A program made the translations under genes and the position numbers. The notes under the pieces were generated by a model that saw only the letters and a program-made list of their open reading frames with translations, searched no databases and was not told where the DNA came from. From positions 22,599-86,598 of the forward strand of contig CDMY01000400.1 of NCBI GenBank assembly GCA_001179505.1: a stretch of DNA of 64,000 nt, written 5' to 3'. Positions 62,001-64,000 of the stretch are shown in pieces (the first letter of the stretch is position 1; each line of letters starts with the position of its first letter). The DNA is from Vitrella brassicaformis CCMP3155. Taxonomy: Eukaryota; Protista; Chromerida.

Positions 62001-63237
62001 TCCCCCCCTCTCCCTCCCTCCGTCCCTCGCTTCACTTCACTCGCCTCACCTGCTGCCTGTCCCTGTAGTGCTCAGCGGGGTACATGACGGAGAAGGGGTT
62101 CCTCTTCTTGACCATCAGCTTGCGGAAGAACATCGTCAGGCCCTTGCCGATCTGGAAGGCCACCTCGTCACTCACTGCGTAGATCGGCTTCGTCAGGGCG
62201 TCCAAAAGCGTCCCAGGCATCACGGACGACACCGGCGGCGGCAGCGACTCACTCACGGGCCCCCCCATGAAGGTGTTGTCGGCCATCGAGGGGAGTTCAG
62301 GGAGCGATTCCAGCGATGCGATGGTCGACGCGGAGGCGAACATGTGCAGAGGGGGAGGGGAGGTGCGGTGGGGGTTGCGGCGCTGGGCGAGGGTGTAGAT
62401 GGTGTTGAGGAAGTCCTTCCAGAAGTTCTGCCGCGCCAGGCCGTCCATGATGAGGTGGTGGAAGATGCCTACGATCCACGTCCGGTACGATGGGTACAGC
62501 ACCGAACCCTGCGCACATCAAGACACACCAGCACCAGACGCAGCGATGGTGCAAGGGATCGTCCGCAAATGTGTGTCCGAGTGAGGTGGGTTACCCTTCT
62601 GATTTTCTGAGTGGTGGGTGTGGCCTGGAGCACTCTCATTCTCCAGAGAGGCCCCGTAGTGGTGGGCAGGGGGTAGTTCTGCTCATAGCGGAGGAGCTCC
62701 TCCCAATCGCTACACTGAGACATCTCTATGTCTGCACACAACACACACAGATAAGCCAAACATTGAGCACACAATGCGAGCTTGTTTCAATCTCTCTCCT
62801 TCTCCCTTCTCTCATTCTCCCTTTCTCCTCCCGGCTGTCTCGCTGTGCGTGTCTTTCGTCTTACCAGGCTCGTGGTGAGTCTCTGCCCATCTGCGCCTAA
62901 TGCGCCCCCTGTGCTTGTCGACCAGGACCCTGGCGCGCAGAGCGGCGTGTCGCGCCATGAGCATCCTGCCGGCCTCCTTCATGTCCTCGAGGTGAAAGGG
63001 CTGGCTCGTGATGATACTGATGGCGTTCTGGATGAAGAGCGGCCGCTGGAGCTTGACACCGGCGGTGTGGAGGATGTCCCAGTTCTGCTCCCAGTTGTCC
63101 AGCTCTCTGCCGAAGCCATGCTCGTCCACCTCGCGTGGGGAGGAGGGGGGGAGGGGGGTGGGATGGGGGGTGCCGTCAGGCGCCAACAGGATCTCCTGCT
63201 CGTCCACCTTGGTGGGGCGGGCGCAGCACGTCAACAT
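59072..63237 (-). CDS. CoA-dependent acyltransferase (condensation-domain / alcohol acetyltransferase-like), containing an artefactual internal duplication
   Basis: GRELDNWEQ...LMARHAALRARV; GPLWRMRVL; IVGIFHHLIMDG (HHxxxDG); TCKQHNIPLNSVLTA; FWQFA; LISNTGNW; HNLVTISGRLNWSLQY. Confidence 0.8.
60360..62947. repeat. Exact ~1.14-kb direct duplication (offset 1444) either side of a gap (probable assembly artefact)
   Basis: 60360-61503 matches 61804-62947; the ORFs are identical at +1444. Confidence 0.85.
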
Positions 63238-63725
63238 GGCCAGATCACGCCCGTCTACCGCAGGAGGCAACACTCGCGCGTCAGCAGTCGGTCGACGGAG
63301 CTCTCGCGGTCACACGTACACACGAGGCAACAAGCTCAGTCGGTAAAAACGAGTACGGGGGGTGGGGGAAGGCGGAGTGAGACGAAAACTCCGATGCGCT
63401 CCGATGAAAACAGACGCCGTCGAAGGTGTCAAAACCAAGCAAGATGAAAGCAGCACAAGTAGAAAAGGAGGTTCGTGTCGTGAAAGGAACAGCTCGCAGG
63501 TCGATCCTCCTTTAGCTCGCAAATTGATCTGCCTGACTTCAACCGTTTTGACAGCAGATCTGTGTGGGGTGTGACTTCCCATTGAGGAAAGGGGAAAAAG
63601 AGGGAGACAAGAGCCATCGAAAAAAAAGCGAGCTCAAGAATGGACCCAGTGAAGATCCGGACCGGGTTTGAAGGTGCAGACGGCTCAGGAACAGCAGGTG
63701 AAGCGGCCTTTAAAAGAATTCAGCG

Positions 63726-64000
63726 ATGTCCACCGACGACCGCTGCCCCCTCTGCCTTCTTGACCTGCCCATCCTGCATATCATCGCCCTGGAATGCGAC
63801 GTCGTGACCAGCCTCAGGCTCCGGGCAGCCAGCACAGAATGGCACGGCATCGTCACCGTGAGCACCCTTCGCAGACGGCTGGAGCGCCTCATCGATTCGG
63901 AGGGCCTCAGGGGGGCGCTCAGTTGTGTCGGTGACCCTGCCGAAATGCCCAACGGCCTGACACACTTCGGCTATGTGTCACGGGCGCTCTATGTGGTGAT
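63726..64000 (+). CDS. Partial ORF of a Vitrella-type lineage-expanded family (runs off the window)
   Basis: MSTDDRCPLCLLDLPILHIIALEC...LRAASTEW...LRRRLERLIDSEGL...GYVSRALYVV. Stop-free to the window edge, so it is absent from the ORF track. The family assignment is from recall. Confidence 0.5.
   Translation, partial: MSTDDRCPLCLLDLPILHIIALECDVVTSLRLRAASTEWHGIVTVSTLRRRLERLIDSEGLRGALSCVGDPAEMPNGLTHFGYVSRALYVV

Noticed and set aside
60360-62947. Apparent second acyltransferase gene or domain duplication
   Set aside because: Identical sequence on both sides of a 300-N gap, typical of overlapping contig ends.
63710-63965. Two minus-strand ORFs at the right edge
   Set aside because: They are antisense shadows of the plus-strand ORF starting at 63726.
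1-64000. CRISPR arrays, tRNA/rRNA genes, transposase or reverse transcriptase ORFs
   Set aside because: None recognisable; the repeats are microsatellites, gene duplications or gap-flanking overlaps.

Overview
Eukaryotic, intron-dense, GC-rich genomic DNA with 300-N scaffold gaps and (CA)/(GT)/(GGAT)-rich introns. It is most likely a chromerid alveolate such as Vitrella brassicaformis. That assignment is an inference from the intron style, the oocyst-wall-like proteins and a Vitrella-type gene at the right edge. The ORF track is mostly exon fragments and translated microsatellites, so genes were rebuilt by hand from GT-AG junctions. Recognisable genes are RPL35, alternative oxidase, dynactin p50, a group XII-like secreted PLA2, a PAN/apple protein, an HHxxxDG acyltransferase, two subtilisins and three oocyst-wall-protein-like genes. 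Five things stand out. (1) An ~18.6-kb gene appears to fuse a NOV/sacsin-type GHKL ATPase, two FN3-like domains, a BAH domain, a DNMT1-like C5-methyltransferase fold that lacks the catalytic PC motif, and a C-terminal PIP box. (2) A 70-nt intron was gained in one subtilisin paralog by a 17-bp target duplication plus a copy of the gene family's own 5' leader. (3) A three-gene secreted cassette (wall protein / subtilisin / Cys-rich cationic prepropeptide) is present twice, 45.5 kb apart. (4) Three antimicrobial-peptide-like precursors have acidic pro-regions and RxL motifs. (5) Many introns show (AC)n...(GT)n polarity. Two exact duplications beside gaps are probably assembly artefacts.
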